From Saccostrea cucullata (taxonomy: Eukaryota): 64,000 nucleotides of DNA. The notes below the pieces were generated by a model. The model saw only the letters and a program-made list of their open reading frames with translations. It made no database searches and was not told where the DNA came from. Positions within the stretch are counted from its first letter, which is position 1. The number at the start of each line of letters is the position of its first letter. Location: the NCBI RefSeq assembly GCF_032062105.1, contig NW_026926296.1:186001-250000 (forward strand), given 5' to 3'. Made by a program: the position numbers and the translations under genes. Shown in pieces: positions 12,201-24,924 of the stretch.

Positions 12201-14762
12201 ATAACGGATTTTTAAACCGATTTTGCAATTGATAGGTAGGTTGACGTCGTTGCAGTGTGTTTTTGACGTTATGATAATCTGTAGCTCTTAAAGAAAGGGG
12301 TAATAAAAATATTATTAAAGAAAAAGTAATAAAAATACGCTCTTGAAATTTAAAACATAGATATTTGAGAATATCTCCAATATTTTTATTATGTTTTCAT
12401 GTGAATCCATTGTGTACGTCATATTCTGTAATACTCTATAAAAATAGTAAAATTTGCTAATTCTTTGCATTTTGAGATGCCCCCTCTGGTAACAAGATGG
12501 TAGAATTTAGTGTCTCTTACATATATTGTATAATATAGTATTACTCATCAAATATTATAGTTTGAACAAAATGTCTATTGTAGTATTTGTATAATTTGCT
12601 TTAAAGTGCTAAAAATTGGCATTTTCCTATATAATCCTATAGTAAATGTACCTGTATTTTGAGACGGTCCCTCAAAAATACCTGGACGGTAGATTTCCCC
12701 CAAACTTTGCAGTTAATGTAAGTTATATATGGTATAAAAATGAAGAGTTTCGCTATTGTAGTTTTCACACAATAAAACTATAGTCGGCCCCCTTAAATGG
12801 GTAGCTATTACATTCATTGCTTATAATTTAATTTTCATTCATTTGATGTAAGAAAAAAAGATGATTGTTCAAACAAAATGACTTAAATTTGTACAAAATT
12901 TGAATATAACGTCAGGCGGATTGATACGTTTTTGACGTAAGTCATTATGACGTAGGCAACCCATTTTATACGATATGAAGTAAATTTTTTATCCAATCAA
13001 ACACAGTGTTACAACCAGAATTAAATTATGTACATATGAAAAAACTTTAACCTTGACCAAAACTTTTGAATGGTAGAGGCTAGGGCTTTCATACTTGACA
13101 TATGTAATCCTTGTGAAAAGACCTTTCAATAAATACCAAGAACTTTGATCCTTTGACCTTGACCTTGGAGTTTTACCTACTTTTCAAAAACTTTGACCTT
13201 GGCCACAACTTTGGAACAGTAGATACTGGGACTTTCATATTTCACATATGCATTCTTTTTGGCAAGACCTTTCATTTGATATCAACAATTTTGACCTTTT
13301 GACCTTGACCTTGGACATTTTTTGTACTAATAAAAAACTTTAACCTTGACTATAACTTTTGAATGGTAAGGGCCAAGGATTACATACTTCATATATGTAA
13401 TCCTTTTGAAAAGACCTTTCATTAAATACCAAGAACTTTGATCCTTTGACCTTGACCTTGGAGTTTGGCTTACTTTTCAAAACCTTTGACCTTGGCCACA
13501 ACTTTGGAACAGTAGATACTGGGACTTTCATATTTCATATATGCATTCTTTTTGGCAAGACCTTTCATTTGATATCAACAATTTTGACCTTTTGACCTTG
13601 ACCTTGGACATTTTTTGTACTAATAAAAAACTTTAACCTTGACTATAACTTTTGAATGGTAAGGGCTAGAGCTTTGGATACCAAGAACTTTAACCCTTTG
13701 ACCTTGACCTTGGGTTCAGTGATGATTTCTAAATAAATGACATATGGCAGGGTGTTCATATTACACAAAATATGTCATAAAAAATGACATCTCACCCACA
13801 ATTACACCGAAAGCGGGGGACCACAATTCCTTGAATTTGCTTGTTTTATTTATAACCTCAAAATGCTAAGTTTCCCTTTTTCACATTTTCAAAAACTATG
13901 TTATTTTGCAGGATATTTTTCTTAGAGTGGGAATATTTCTGGATCATATACCAGCCCTGCACTCTGTACCTTAACAGTTGATGTTTCCTTAATATGATAC
14001 AGTGATTTTTTATTTGATGAGTTTAAAATATAAAGATGGTAATACATCAATCTACATTTCCTCAATAAAGTTTAATGTTTTTATTTAGTTAAAAAAAGCA
14101 AAATATGACCAAATGGGACTTCTGGTTAGCTATGAATAGTGACCATTACTTATTTCTGTTTTTGATTTGTCTTTTTTTTTTTTTTTTTTTAGGTGCGAAG
14201 GTCCAGGGTGAAGCCGATGGTGATGGCTGATGATGCTCCTCATCATCCTGAGAAGGTTGCAGTGCTGCCTCTTCCTGAGGCTTTACAGGAGCTGCCTGTG
14301 GAAAAGCTAAGGCAGGCTGAAGAGGTGACTGTGTCATCTCCTCAACCTGTGATGGCCAATCCAGAGGTAGAGCTTGTACAGCTTGAGGAAGTGTGTCTGT
14401 TGTCTCCTGAGCCTGTGATAGCCCTTCCTTGGCCAGAATTTGACCAGACTGTGGAGATGGCTCTGCCATCGCCTCAGCCTGCTCAGGTTCTAGTTGAGGA
14501 GGAGGCTGGACAGACTGAGGAGGTGGAACTGCCATCTCCTCAGGTTGTTGTGGGGCATCCTCGGCTGTCTAGCGTCGGGTCACCAGTGGCAGAGATCCCT
14601 CCTGAGCAGCCATCACCTGTGAGGCAGCCATCACCTATGAGGGACCCTCTGAGGCGAGGCTTTGCAGCGTTAGGAGAAGGGGTGGTGTGGCATTTGTTTA
14701 GGAATGTGGAGGCCACTTTAGTAGGTGGTCTTATTTTCCCTATTTTCTCTTCTCTAATTTAA
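9280..14762 (+). CDS. Candidate spliced orphan protein (~213 aa): coding exons 9280-9351 and 14193-14762, probable 5' UTR exon ending at 5809; basic N-terminus followed by Glu/Pro/Ser-rich repeats
   Basis: Acceptor TTATAG at 9278, ATG at 9280, donor CCT|GTAAGT at 9351/9352 (24 codons, phase 0). A long polypyrimidine acceptor T(n)AG at 14192 joins in frame: MEPRRSTRVRQRPRWFTDYVVDFP-VRRSRVKPMVMADD...; both exons are GC-rich islands in AT-rich DNA; internal EEVxLPSPQP repeats. No homology was checked. Confidence 0.55.
9940..11235 (+). mobile_element. Degenerate copy of the 147-bp-monomer HINE family (as at 32946-40546)
   Basis: Degraded 'aaacttgcatggatg...gatgct...gacctacattttc' units at 9940-10490. 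The 3' end 11176-11235 matches 40485-40546 (GACAACATTCGTTGAGGTGAGCTCTG). Confidence 0.7.
11921..13029. mobile_element. Palindromic non-autonomous element (possibly Crypton-like) nested in the HINE
   Basis: Long inverted repeat TAAGGAATGAATTTAATAGCTACCCATTT...AAATGGGTAGCTATTACATTCATTGCTTA, followed by a second IR TAATTTAATT...AATTAAATTA. The family assignment is inference. Confidence 0.55.
12050..12792. mobile_element. Non-autonomous DNA transposon with TTAA TSD (Kolobok-like GG termini)
   Basis: TTAA|GGGGGCTGACTATAGTTT...AAACTATAGTCGGCCCCC|TTAA. Confidence 0.85.
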
Positions 14763-15199
14763 ATCCCCTCTTTTCTCTAAGTTTCTCGTGTATAAAACTA
14801 AAATTTAAATAGGATTGATTTTTCTCTAAATTATTTTTTGTATGAATATTACTAAATTCTCTTCCCCTTAATGAATTTCAATTTCCAAAGGATAAAACTT
14901 AAAAAATATTTGATTTTCTCCTAAATCATTGTAATTTTCTTCTAGGAATAAGTCAGGCATAATAATTCAGGATTTAAATTAATTTTTAGTTAATAACATA
15001 AATATACCCCCTTTTAAAAAATTTTCCTTAATTAATTGTAAGACCATTTCTAGAGTTAAAATAAGTTTAAATTTGTTCTTAATTTCTCATGGATACTACA
15101 TCTAAATATCTCAATGCAAGCACACACCGTTATTTAGATGTAGAAATTCAGGAGAGTAACTAAATGATGAGATTTTAATTTAGTTGATAAAATTAAAAT

Positions 15200-15560
15200 T
15201 TAAAAATAAATAAATAAATTATAAATTTTCCTAACTAAAGTATTAATTAAATTATAAATTTTCCTAACCAAGGTAAAATTAAAACATAAAATAATTAAAC
15301 AACATGAGGTTAATTAAATTATATTTTTTTTCTAACTAAAGTGAAATCAGGAATTAAAAATAATTAAACAACAGGTTAATTAAATCATAAATGTCCCTAA
15401 CTAAAGTAAAATTTAAACGTTAAACTATTAAACAAGGGGTTATAAATTTTCCTAACTAAAACATTAAATAATTAAACAACAGGTTAATTAAATTATAAAT
15501 TTCATCACTCGAGTAAAATTTAAACATAAAATAATTTGAACAAAAATTTGATTAAATTAT
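15200..15560. repeat. AT-rich degenerate tandem repeat (~55-60 bp)
   Basis: Recurring TTAATTAAATTATAAATTTTCCTAACTAAAG...AATTAAACAACAGG. Confidence 0.7.
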
Positions 15561-17579
15561 ACAATTACAAAGACTTGACTGATTGAGTGACTAGGTTTAT
15601 ATATTTTTCAAACTTCAAATAAGCGATTTGGTTTAAATTTTCCTTAAACGTAAAAAATTAAGTCATTATTCTTAAAACTTGAATTTATTTCTTAACACCA
15701 AGTCTTTCCTTTTTCTTGTTTCCATTGATTAAATAGAGTGAAATTTATTTTCCATTAATTTTAATTTCTCATGTGGTAAAATTAAAATTATTCATGTAAT
15801 TTAGATAATTTAAATTTTCTAAAATAGCAATTAAATTCAATAAAATCATACAAAGAAGTAAAATCTAGAGTTAGGGTTTCTTTTTCAATTTTTCTTTGTG
15901 TGCATGATGGGTTCAGTATTTGTTTGACATTTGTACTTAATAAGTCATTTTGTACTATGCATTCATTTTATGTATATCTCATATAAGCCCTGTTAATTGT
16001 AAAGTACTTACTATTTAGTTTATTAAGTAGGACTTAAAATGCATCCCCCCTCCTTCCACAGATTTGTTAAAGTTTAAATGGGATTACTTTTTTTGTAACT
16101 AAAGTGTAATTCTTTTAAACACATTGAAAACTTTCTGAGTACCTAATTAATTGTTAAGATGAAATAATGCCCCCTTTTTATTCACAATTTTCTCATGAAG
16201 GCTAGTGGCTAAATATCTCAACTCATGCACACACTGTTATTTAGCCACTGCATTTGTGAGAGTAATTTAAGTTTGCTAAAATTAATTAATTATCATATGT
16301 AATTTCTAATTTTTTCTTGATTCAATATATAAATAACAGTTTCAAAAATAATTTAGGGATTATTAGACATTTAACTTAAATAACTTAATTTAGACTTGCT
16401 TTTTGAGATGTTTGATTTCATTTATTTCATTTTATTAAATAATTTACTTGTAATCAGGGGTTTATAATGACCTTGAAATTGTCTGTGATCGAAGTGAATT
16501 CTTCTTTTAGCTTTATTAAACTAAGTTTATTTCACTATTACTATTTATTTTGCTAAAATTAAAAGTTATTATTAGTATTTCAATGTAATCTTTGAATAAA
16601 TGGGTTTCAGTTTTCCATCCTGTTACCGCTGTTTGTAATTTGAGTAAGCTCCAAGGTAAAATTTTGTAAAATAAAAACATTTTTCTTCTCTGTCAAATAA
16701 ATTCTAAAACGCCAGGAAATAATTCTATACAATTAAAATTCCCTTATAAAATTTTTCCATTAAGAGTAAGATTCCTGTAAAAGTTTAATACTTAAGATTT
16801 CAGGTGGGGTCCCATTTCTTTTCACCCTAATTAATTTATTCACTTATAAATAATAATAGGGTCCTTCGCTGAGATATAACTGTTACTATGTGGTTGATGT
16901 ATTTTGTATTGAGTTATGATTATTTATGTGAAGATTGTCGCTGATAATTGGTTGACTATCAATATGCGCATACCGATTTGAATCTTTGATTAAGATCAAT
17001 TTTATGAATTCCATAGCAAGGAAATGAAATTTTAGTGTACTCTGCATAATGAACATTTCTGTACGCTTTGGTTGGTCCTGTTTTCCCATAATAAAATGAA
17101 CGCAAACTGTACCTTCAATTTCCGCATGACATTCGCTAGCCACATTTTTTTTGTTGTTGAAAATTCTGACGCTTTGTGTCCTCGATCAATTTCAAAAGCC
17201 ATAATTATAAGCGATGATCAATTTTGAAAGTTTTCATGTTGTTCAATTCTAGTATTAAAGCTGAACACGACTTAGTAGTAAATAGACATACGGCATTTTG
17301 AATATTGTTACTATCTATGATATTAGCACCAGGGTACATACTCTTTGCATTCATGTCACCTGACTGCTGTATTGTCATGGTTATTAGCGTGGAATGGCGA
17401 CCCGTATTAGTGCTGGTTATCTTCCATTACTTTTGTTTACATTTTATTGCAGTTACATCACTTACGTGTATTTGTCTTTGTTTGTATACTGCACTGACCA
17501 TTTCTTGCAATATAGAAGAAGTTATTTTTGTCGCTACTGAATGCTGTATAGCATACGTCTGTCTACACCGGTGTTGACT

Positions 17580-19669
17580 CCCTTACCAAAGTAAAATTAT
17601 TGCGGCAATATTGCTGCTATATTGCGGCAACATTGCGGCAACACATTTTTGTCACCAGAAACAAGCTTTTTGGGTTAGTGAAATATCACCGCTAGCGGCA
17701 ACAACTTCTGGTGACATTCTGGCAATACTGCGAGAAAAAATGAAAATAGCTGCAACAACTTCCGGTGACATTCTGGCAATACTGCCAGAAAAAAAGTTTC
17801 TGGCAACTTCTAGGATTACCCATGAGCCATTTGTTGAGCATGCTCAGTCATTTACTTCCTCTTTTTAAATAAAGTGGAGGGAATTCAAAGGCAAGCATGT
17901 TTTGCTTCATTACTGACTTGTATCAAGTTGATTCGAGCTGTAAATTGTGTACAGTGGGATTAGTCAAAATGAGTAGTAAGACTGCATAGTGTGGAATGAC
18001 TAGAAAAAAGAATTTAAGCAGAATTATATAAGAATGTGTACTCTGTTTGAATTCAGACTTGGTGAGTCAAAAAATATTCTTTTTGAAATGAATGATTCAA
18101 TGGAGATAAAATTGGAAAAATTATATGTGTTTCAATTAGTGCCTGTGATGCATGCATACTTGACTTGTATGTTTATATATCCTAGAGTAGCAGGAAAGAT
18201 GAATTAAAGCATGTTATTTGAAAATTATTAATGCAGAGTTGCTGGACATTTTCACAGTGGCATATTGATATTGTTTCTATAAACATTTTTTATACGCCTG
18301 TCTCGATAGATCGGGGTACATATTGTTTTTGTCCTGTCTGTTTGTTTGTAAACTTAACCTTCACCATTACTTTTGAACCAATGAGAGATAAAGATTTCAT
18401 ATTTGGTATGTCTACTTCACTATTTAAGTTCTTTCAAATGACATCAAGGTCAATGAACTTGTGACCTTGACTTTGACCTATATGCTAAAAATAGCTTTTT
18501 CGAATATTCATCATAACTTAAAATTAATGAAAGATAGAGACTTTATATTTACTATGCATAATTCACTAATTAAGCTTTCTCAAAAGACACCTGAAGGTCA
18601 ATGACCTTGAAACCTTGGCTGTGACCCATATCCTTAAAATAGATTTTTCGAATCTTGGACATAAATCTTGAGCCATAAAAGATACAGAACTTGTATTATG
18701 TATGCACCCTTCATTAATTAACCTCTTTCAAATAACACCAAGGTCAATGACCTTGAGACCTTGACTGTGACCATATACTTAAAATAGATTTTTTGATACT
18801 TCGACATAACTTTTGAGTCATAAAAGATGGAGAATTCATATTTGGTATGCACCCTTCACTAATAAACCTCTTTCAGTTAACACCAAGGTCAATGGCAATT
18901 TGACCTTAACTGTGACCAATATGCAAAAAATATCCATTTTGATCCTCTGCCATTAATTTTGAACTATAAGAGATAGAGACTTCAAATTTAGTATGCTTAC
19001 TCCACTAATTAAGTTCTTTCAAATGACACCAAGATCAATGACCTTGTGACCTTGACTGTGACCCGTATGCTATAAATAGCTTTTTCAAACTTTATTGCCA
19101 CCAGGCGCACAGTGTTTCTTGATTTTCATTATGATGGTCAACATAATTTTCTGTCTGTTCAAAGAATCGCAGAAGTAGCTTTTTCTAATTGACCCTTGTG
19201 GCTTGCTGTTGTTTGTTATATTCCTCAGCACAGTACAGTTTGTTAATTGTTAGATTGATAGATCGATCAGTATTTAGCTACGTACTAAATACCAATTTAT
19301 ATCTAACTTATATACGAAAAACAATATTGCCGCAATATTGCGGCAATGATGCCGGAAGATGTTGCCAGAAGAACAATATTTTGGTCATAATTTGCAGCAA
19401 TATTGCCGCAAAATTCAATATTGCCTGCAAAACTAATTAACATACGAAAAACGATTAGCCGCAATATTGCAGCAATAATGCCAGAAGGTGCCAGAAGATC
19501 TATAAGGGTCATGGGCCTCTTGTTATTCCGCAATTTTCTGGCATGATTGCCGCAAAACTAATTTACATACGAAAAAATATCTCAATATTGCACACATGTA
19601 TTATGTTGCTGCAATATTGCAGCAATAAAGCCAGAAGATGTTGCCAGAAGGACAATATTTTGGTAAGGG
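17580..19669. mobile_element. Non-autonomous CACTA/EnSpm-like (CCC-terminus) DNA transposon
   Basis: TIR CCCTTACCAAA...TTTGGTAAGGG, 2-bp TSD CT, and many subterminal GCGGCAATATTGC repeats at both ends. Confidence 0.8.
18287..19118 (+). mobile_element. HINE-like element with ~145-bp tandem monomers nested in the CACTA-like element
   Basis: About 5 monomers containing AAGGTCAATGACCTTG, a T-rich 5' flank and a short GTCT/GTTT tract. Confidence 0.65.
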
Positions 19670-20525
19670 CTGATTGCGCTGAACAGTGACTAAGTGAACG
19701 GCTTTATATAAGGGTCATGTTTAGCTTTAATGTATTGATGTATAATATTATTATTGCTATGTCTGTCTGTCTGAACTGTATTTTAGTCTGAGACCCATAT
19801 CAACCGTTCATGAGATGCATGCCTAGCTTTGCTAAAGCATAAAACTATAATTTCATGCATACATAGTGACTTTGGTTAATGTTAACATTTACATTTATTC
19901 TCAGCTTCTTACAAGCAAAATCTTACCCAAATTTGCATATGGATGCTTCCTCTGATGCTGAATCTGACCTATGCTTCTTGATTTACTGGCCCAGATTATT
20001 TTCATAATTAGATTAAGTTCCAAACTTTTCTTTATCATGTATCTTTGGATGCTAACTCTGTTGCTTTACTTTAGATGCTGTATATGACCTATATTTTTGG
20101 CTTTACTGGCTCAGAGCTCAGATTATTTCAATATTTAGATTAGTTCTAAACTGGTCTCGTTCTTTATCATATGCTACTTTGGATGCTGACTCTGATGCTT
20201 ACTTTGGATGCTGTAGTATGCCCTACCGTATTTCTTGCTTTTCTGGCTCAGAGCTCAGATTATTTTCATTATTAGATTTGTTTTAAACTGATCTCATTCT
20301 TTATCATGTATCTTTGGATGCTGGCTCTGATGCTTATTTTGGAAGCTGTATCCGACCTACATTTAACACTTGAACAGTGTTTTGCTTATTTCTGGGACAG
20401 TCTCCTGGAAACAACTGCTCTCATGCTGCCTCTTACAATGTTGCATCTGCAGCATACATTGAATGGTGCATTTAACCTACATTTTAGCTGGATCAGAGAG
20501 ATAAGATTTATATAGATGAGTTATA

Positions 20526-23488
20526 CAGACCCTAAACCGTGCTACTACACCACTTGGTGGGGTACGGTTTCTTTTGTACACGGAACGGTTAATTTTTTCA
20601 CTTGTAAATAATACGCTTTGTGAACGGAACGGTTCGCTTTGTGCACGGAATAACGCTGTTTGTGCACGGTGGTTGTGTATTTTATGGAACGGTTGCTTTG
20701 TGACGTTTATTTCTTGCATGTGAAAGTTCGTTTTGTGAACGGCACGCTTTGGGAAACGGTATGCAAATGAAGTGGGCGGAGCCTGTTAGCATCATTGATT
20801 GGCCGCTGAATTTTAAACGAATTTTGAAGTTCTTTATGCACGTGTACAATTTTATTTCCGTTATTAAAGAATATAATTTATTTATTTTCCATATAAATTG
20901 AATTATTAATGAGTTTCTATTTATTAGGGAAGTTCAAATGTTTTATTACATGTACATGTATGTTATTGTGTTTATCATAGCCTTGTGTGCTATGTTTCGG
21001 TTTCAATTTTAAAAATCAATTTACACTGAAGCAGTGATGGAATTTTACGTTTGCCGAGGCTGTGTTTTAATTAGAAAAAAGACACATATGTATATAATGA
21101 TTTTTCATTCTAGAATAAAGCTTTAACAGAATTGAATATATACTTGTTCCATATTTAACACTATACGCGTAGATAAATTATTTTCAATTGATTGATCTAT
21201 AGAAAAAAAAATGACTATTTGCGCTTTTATTTTTAATCTTAGTAATAAGAAATTTACATTGTTTCTCATTTTTAAATTAAAATTGTTTGATCTATCGTTT
21301 AAATGTCTGCCTTAGAAGAGAAATATCAGTAACAAATAAAAAATGTTGAAGAAAAATAATTTTAAAAAAAATTTCAGGGCATAGAAGACTTGTTTGTTTG
21401 TTTTTTTTCTTAAGTAAATCTTTGATTAATCTGAAAATCTTTCATTAGTCTGAATTTAGATAAGAAAATCAGAAGCAGAAACTCGGAATCAATAAAATGA
21501 CTTCCGATCGCATTTCGCGTGAAGAAAACATTTCTTTTCATAAACTAGTATTATGTTTTTAAAAATCCTTTCAGTCTAAGTAATTATTTATATAAGTTTT
21601 TCTTCATTTTGATAAGTTATTCTTTTCTTGTAAAATGTGTAAAAGAGAGAGAGAGAAAGAGGGAGAGATGCAACCCCGTTACATAATCTGTAAAAATAAA
21701 CCAACAACAAAACCTTGTATTTATTCTCATTCTTGGTTTTATTTACATCGCCAAAGTCACAGATGCTACTTAATTTCCACAACTTTGGTTCAAACTCAAC
21801 CTATTTACAACTATTGCGCAATGCATTCGTTCTCTGCACATACATAATCCTTGTGCATCACCTGTCAATCAAAATCGTATGACGCTAGTTGACCTTGAAA
21901 GTCTGTTAGTAAACGCAGAAAGAATTTCTCATGTGATTTAAAACATTCTGATGGTCAGTTCAGAGTTTACACCTTTTAAAAAATATTGGGTCACAGCCAG
22001 AGGGTCGAGGTGCCGTGTATTTAACACACCTTTCAAATTATTTAGCTCTGACTACATCAAGTGTACATGAATTTTTAAAACTCACTCAACTGACATTCAG
22101 CGAAACTCATCTACTTCCTAAAATGTCCCTTTTCAGACACAATTAGATAAGGATGTATCCATTAATTATCATTATTCACTAAAAAAAATGCACAATAGCG
22201 TCACATAAATTCGCAGACTTTTGATGAGTTTTAACTAACTAATTAGTATCGCCTTCTAGAAAAAAGGGGGGCTTCTTGTAATTTACATAATGTGGCTTGA
22301 ATTATTTTCAGAAAAACCATTGTATTATTTATTTCCATTTTATTCGATTTTAATTTTGCCCATTTCAATTGCTGAATCAGATACACGATCGCTTTTGCCG
22401 TACGTATGCATTCATATGTAGTTCATATCAGATGCCTGATTTTACTTATTATTTATTTTGTAAGAATTTTAAAACATATAATTATGAACTGTCTGGCTAG
22501 AGTAAAATAAAAAAAAATGTATTAGACTCGCATATTAATTCTGCTCAGATAATTATACTCGACGAATCACTGATGCAGAACTTTTGACTTACACTGAAAA
22601 TCGGCAAATCTGTCAAATATGAATTTAAATATTAGATGCGGTAAACAGGAACTTCTGATTTCTACTGAACAGATATAATCTAACTAATAAAAATCATAGT
22701 CTACAGGATTATTATTATTTGTGTCTGAAAAAGGGATAATTTACAAGAATAAAGTCAAGACAGCCAGGGAATTAGCTTAAAGATCTGTATAGTTAAATTA
22801 CGAATATTTAAGTGCAACAAACATATTTTTTAAAAAGTTGATTCTTAAATATAGAATGAAGTTATTTTTATCAGTTCCGTAATTTGTTATATACCGTGTT
22901 ACACAGTGTCCACAATCGCTGACTTCAAAGATGCCGACATCGAGTTCAAGGTTTGCCCGTGTTTTGCGGGATATATTGTTCGTGGCCTGTACTGTACCTT
23001 TGATCACAAACACAACGAGTTGATCTAATTTATAGCAAATAGGAAATCAATGTAAACTCTGTCTAGTTGTTTTGAATTTTCACAGTTGAAAGCCCAGATG
23101 CATGTTACTTGATAATTGTTTTATAAATAGCCAGACATAACCTCCGTCCTCTTTCACAGGCGCTATTGAGAGAAATAAACCAAAATGACTTATTTGGTCA
23201 AAGCACGGTTAAATCATTAGGGGCGTGGTTTGCATAATTTTCCAATTTAACGGTACGGTTGTTTCTTGCAAGGAACGGTACGTTTTGTGGACGGTACGGT
23301 ACGCTTTGTGCACGGAACGGTTCGCTTTGTGCACGGTACGGTACGCTTTGTACACGGAACGATTCGCTTTGTGCACGGTACGGTACGCTTTGTGAACGGA
23401 ACGGTTCGCTTTGTTCACGGTACGGTACGCTTTGTGCACGGAACGGTACGGTTCGTTTCTGAGGTGTAGTAGCACGGTTTAGGGTCTG
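20526..23488. mobile_element. 3-kb non-autonomous DNA transposon (TA TSD) with 21-bp subterminal arrays
   Basis: Perfect 26-bp TIR CAGACCCTAAACCGTGCTACTACACC, TA on both sides; about 9 copies of GTACGCTTTGTGCACGGAACG at 23270-23455 and degenerate copies at 20560-20760. Confidence 0.9.
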
Positions 23489-24619
23489 TAACATATATGT
23501 AATATGTTTTACAATTTTTGTTGTATGTTCTTTCTGACAGTTGTATTTTTTTGTATTTTGCATATATTGTTCAATGTCTGATTTATAGTGTCCATTAATT
23601 GTTTTCAATATAATGTTTAATGTTTGACTGTCTCATCTGCACACACAACTGTTTGTCTGTCCACCACAACCCTCACCTCGCCTCATCTCAGCAGCTCTGT
23701 CCAGACGTAGATGTAAAGTGAGTGGTTTTGTTTTCAATATTTAGGGCCCGCTATGATAATGATCAGTTTGTCCGTCTGTCTGATATGGTTTCCATCCCCT
23801 TGGCTTGATCTGGTTTAAACTGCATGCAGTTACCTTGAACCAGTTGTCTAAGTAAAAGGTCAAAGTAAAAAACACATCTGCATGTAACCCTAATCTGGAG
23901 TGATTTCCTTCATTTTAGCCCTTTCTGGCTTATGCTTCATCTACATATAGTGCCAAGTGGTGTAGGATGTGCAGTAACGAACAGCTTCTAGATCAGAAGT
24001 CAAGGTCTTGTCATTTTTATCACAGTGAGCACATTTTCCTTCATTTTAGCCCTATCTGGCTTATACTTCACCTATATATAGTGCCAAGTGGTAAAGGATG
24101 TGCAGTAATGAACAGCTTCTAGATCAGAAGTCAAGGTCTTGTCATATTCATTATAATGAGCATATTTCTCTCCCCTTTGTAGAGTCCTTGAAGCAAAGGT
24201 CAGTTGTAAACAACTTCTCTGTTTACCTTTTTAAATCTCACAGTGTTTATGGTGGGATATGATTTTTATCCAACAAGGTTTGTGATATTTTTGTACCAGC
24301 TCATATTGACTCGATAACCCATAGAATTCCAATTTGTTTGATGGTAACTTTAGCTTTAATAAACCAAGTTTTTTGTCAGGTTTCAAGGTTACAGCAGACA
24401 TCCATATGAAATTATTGTCATGGTCATTATTTTTTGTTCCCTTGAGCTTCATCTCGTACAACTCCCAGGAGTGCCAGTAGATTAAAGGTGCAAGTCAATG
24501 TCAAGGTCATTGTCAGTGCCTTCCCATCCTGATGCCCTTTAGTTAGAGCGAGGCCCTTTGAGATGGGCATCAACTCACTGATGTTTAGTTGTATATACAA
24601 CATCATGATGTTGGGGTTC

Positions 24620-24760
24620 NNNNNNNNNNNNNNNNNNNNNNNNNNNNNNNNNNNNNNNNNNNNNNNNNNNNNNNNNNNNNNNNNNNNNNNNNNNNNNNNN
24701 NNNNNNNNNNNNNNNNNNNNNNNNNNNNNNNNNNNNNNNNNNNNNNNNNNNNNNNNNNNN
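24620..24760. other. Assembly gap (N run)
   Basis: Run of n characters. Confidence 1.
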
Positions 24761-24924
24761 CTTTGGTACCTCAAATATTGATATGGAGCTATTGCAGATT
24801 ATTCCACTTCATTATTTATTTTTCCATGATTAAAGTAATTATAATTATTTTGTAATTGTTAAATACATCGGTTTCAAGTTTGAGATTACAAGGTTGAACG
24901 GTTTAGATGTATGTATATTACATT

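Larger units (their letters stand above)
11236..13845 (+). mobile_element. HINE (non-autonomous Helentron) with a central ~150-bp tandem array and nested insertions
   Basis: T-rich insertion site; subterminal IR TCCCCCGCTTTCG...CGAAAGCGGGGGA; (GTCT/GTCC)n microsatellite at 11280-11336; tandem TGACCTTGACCTTGGAG monomers; 3' short hairpin. Confidence 0.8.

Noticed and set aside
14146-14535. 129-aa minus-strand ORF ending in poly-Lys
   Set aside because: Antisense shadow of the plus-strand exon; the poly-K is the polypyrimidine tract of its acceptor.
23198-23608. Overlapping repetitive ORFs (VHGTVRF etc.)
   Set aside because: 21-bp subterminal repeats of the 20526-23488 transposon.
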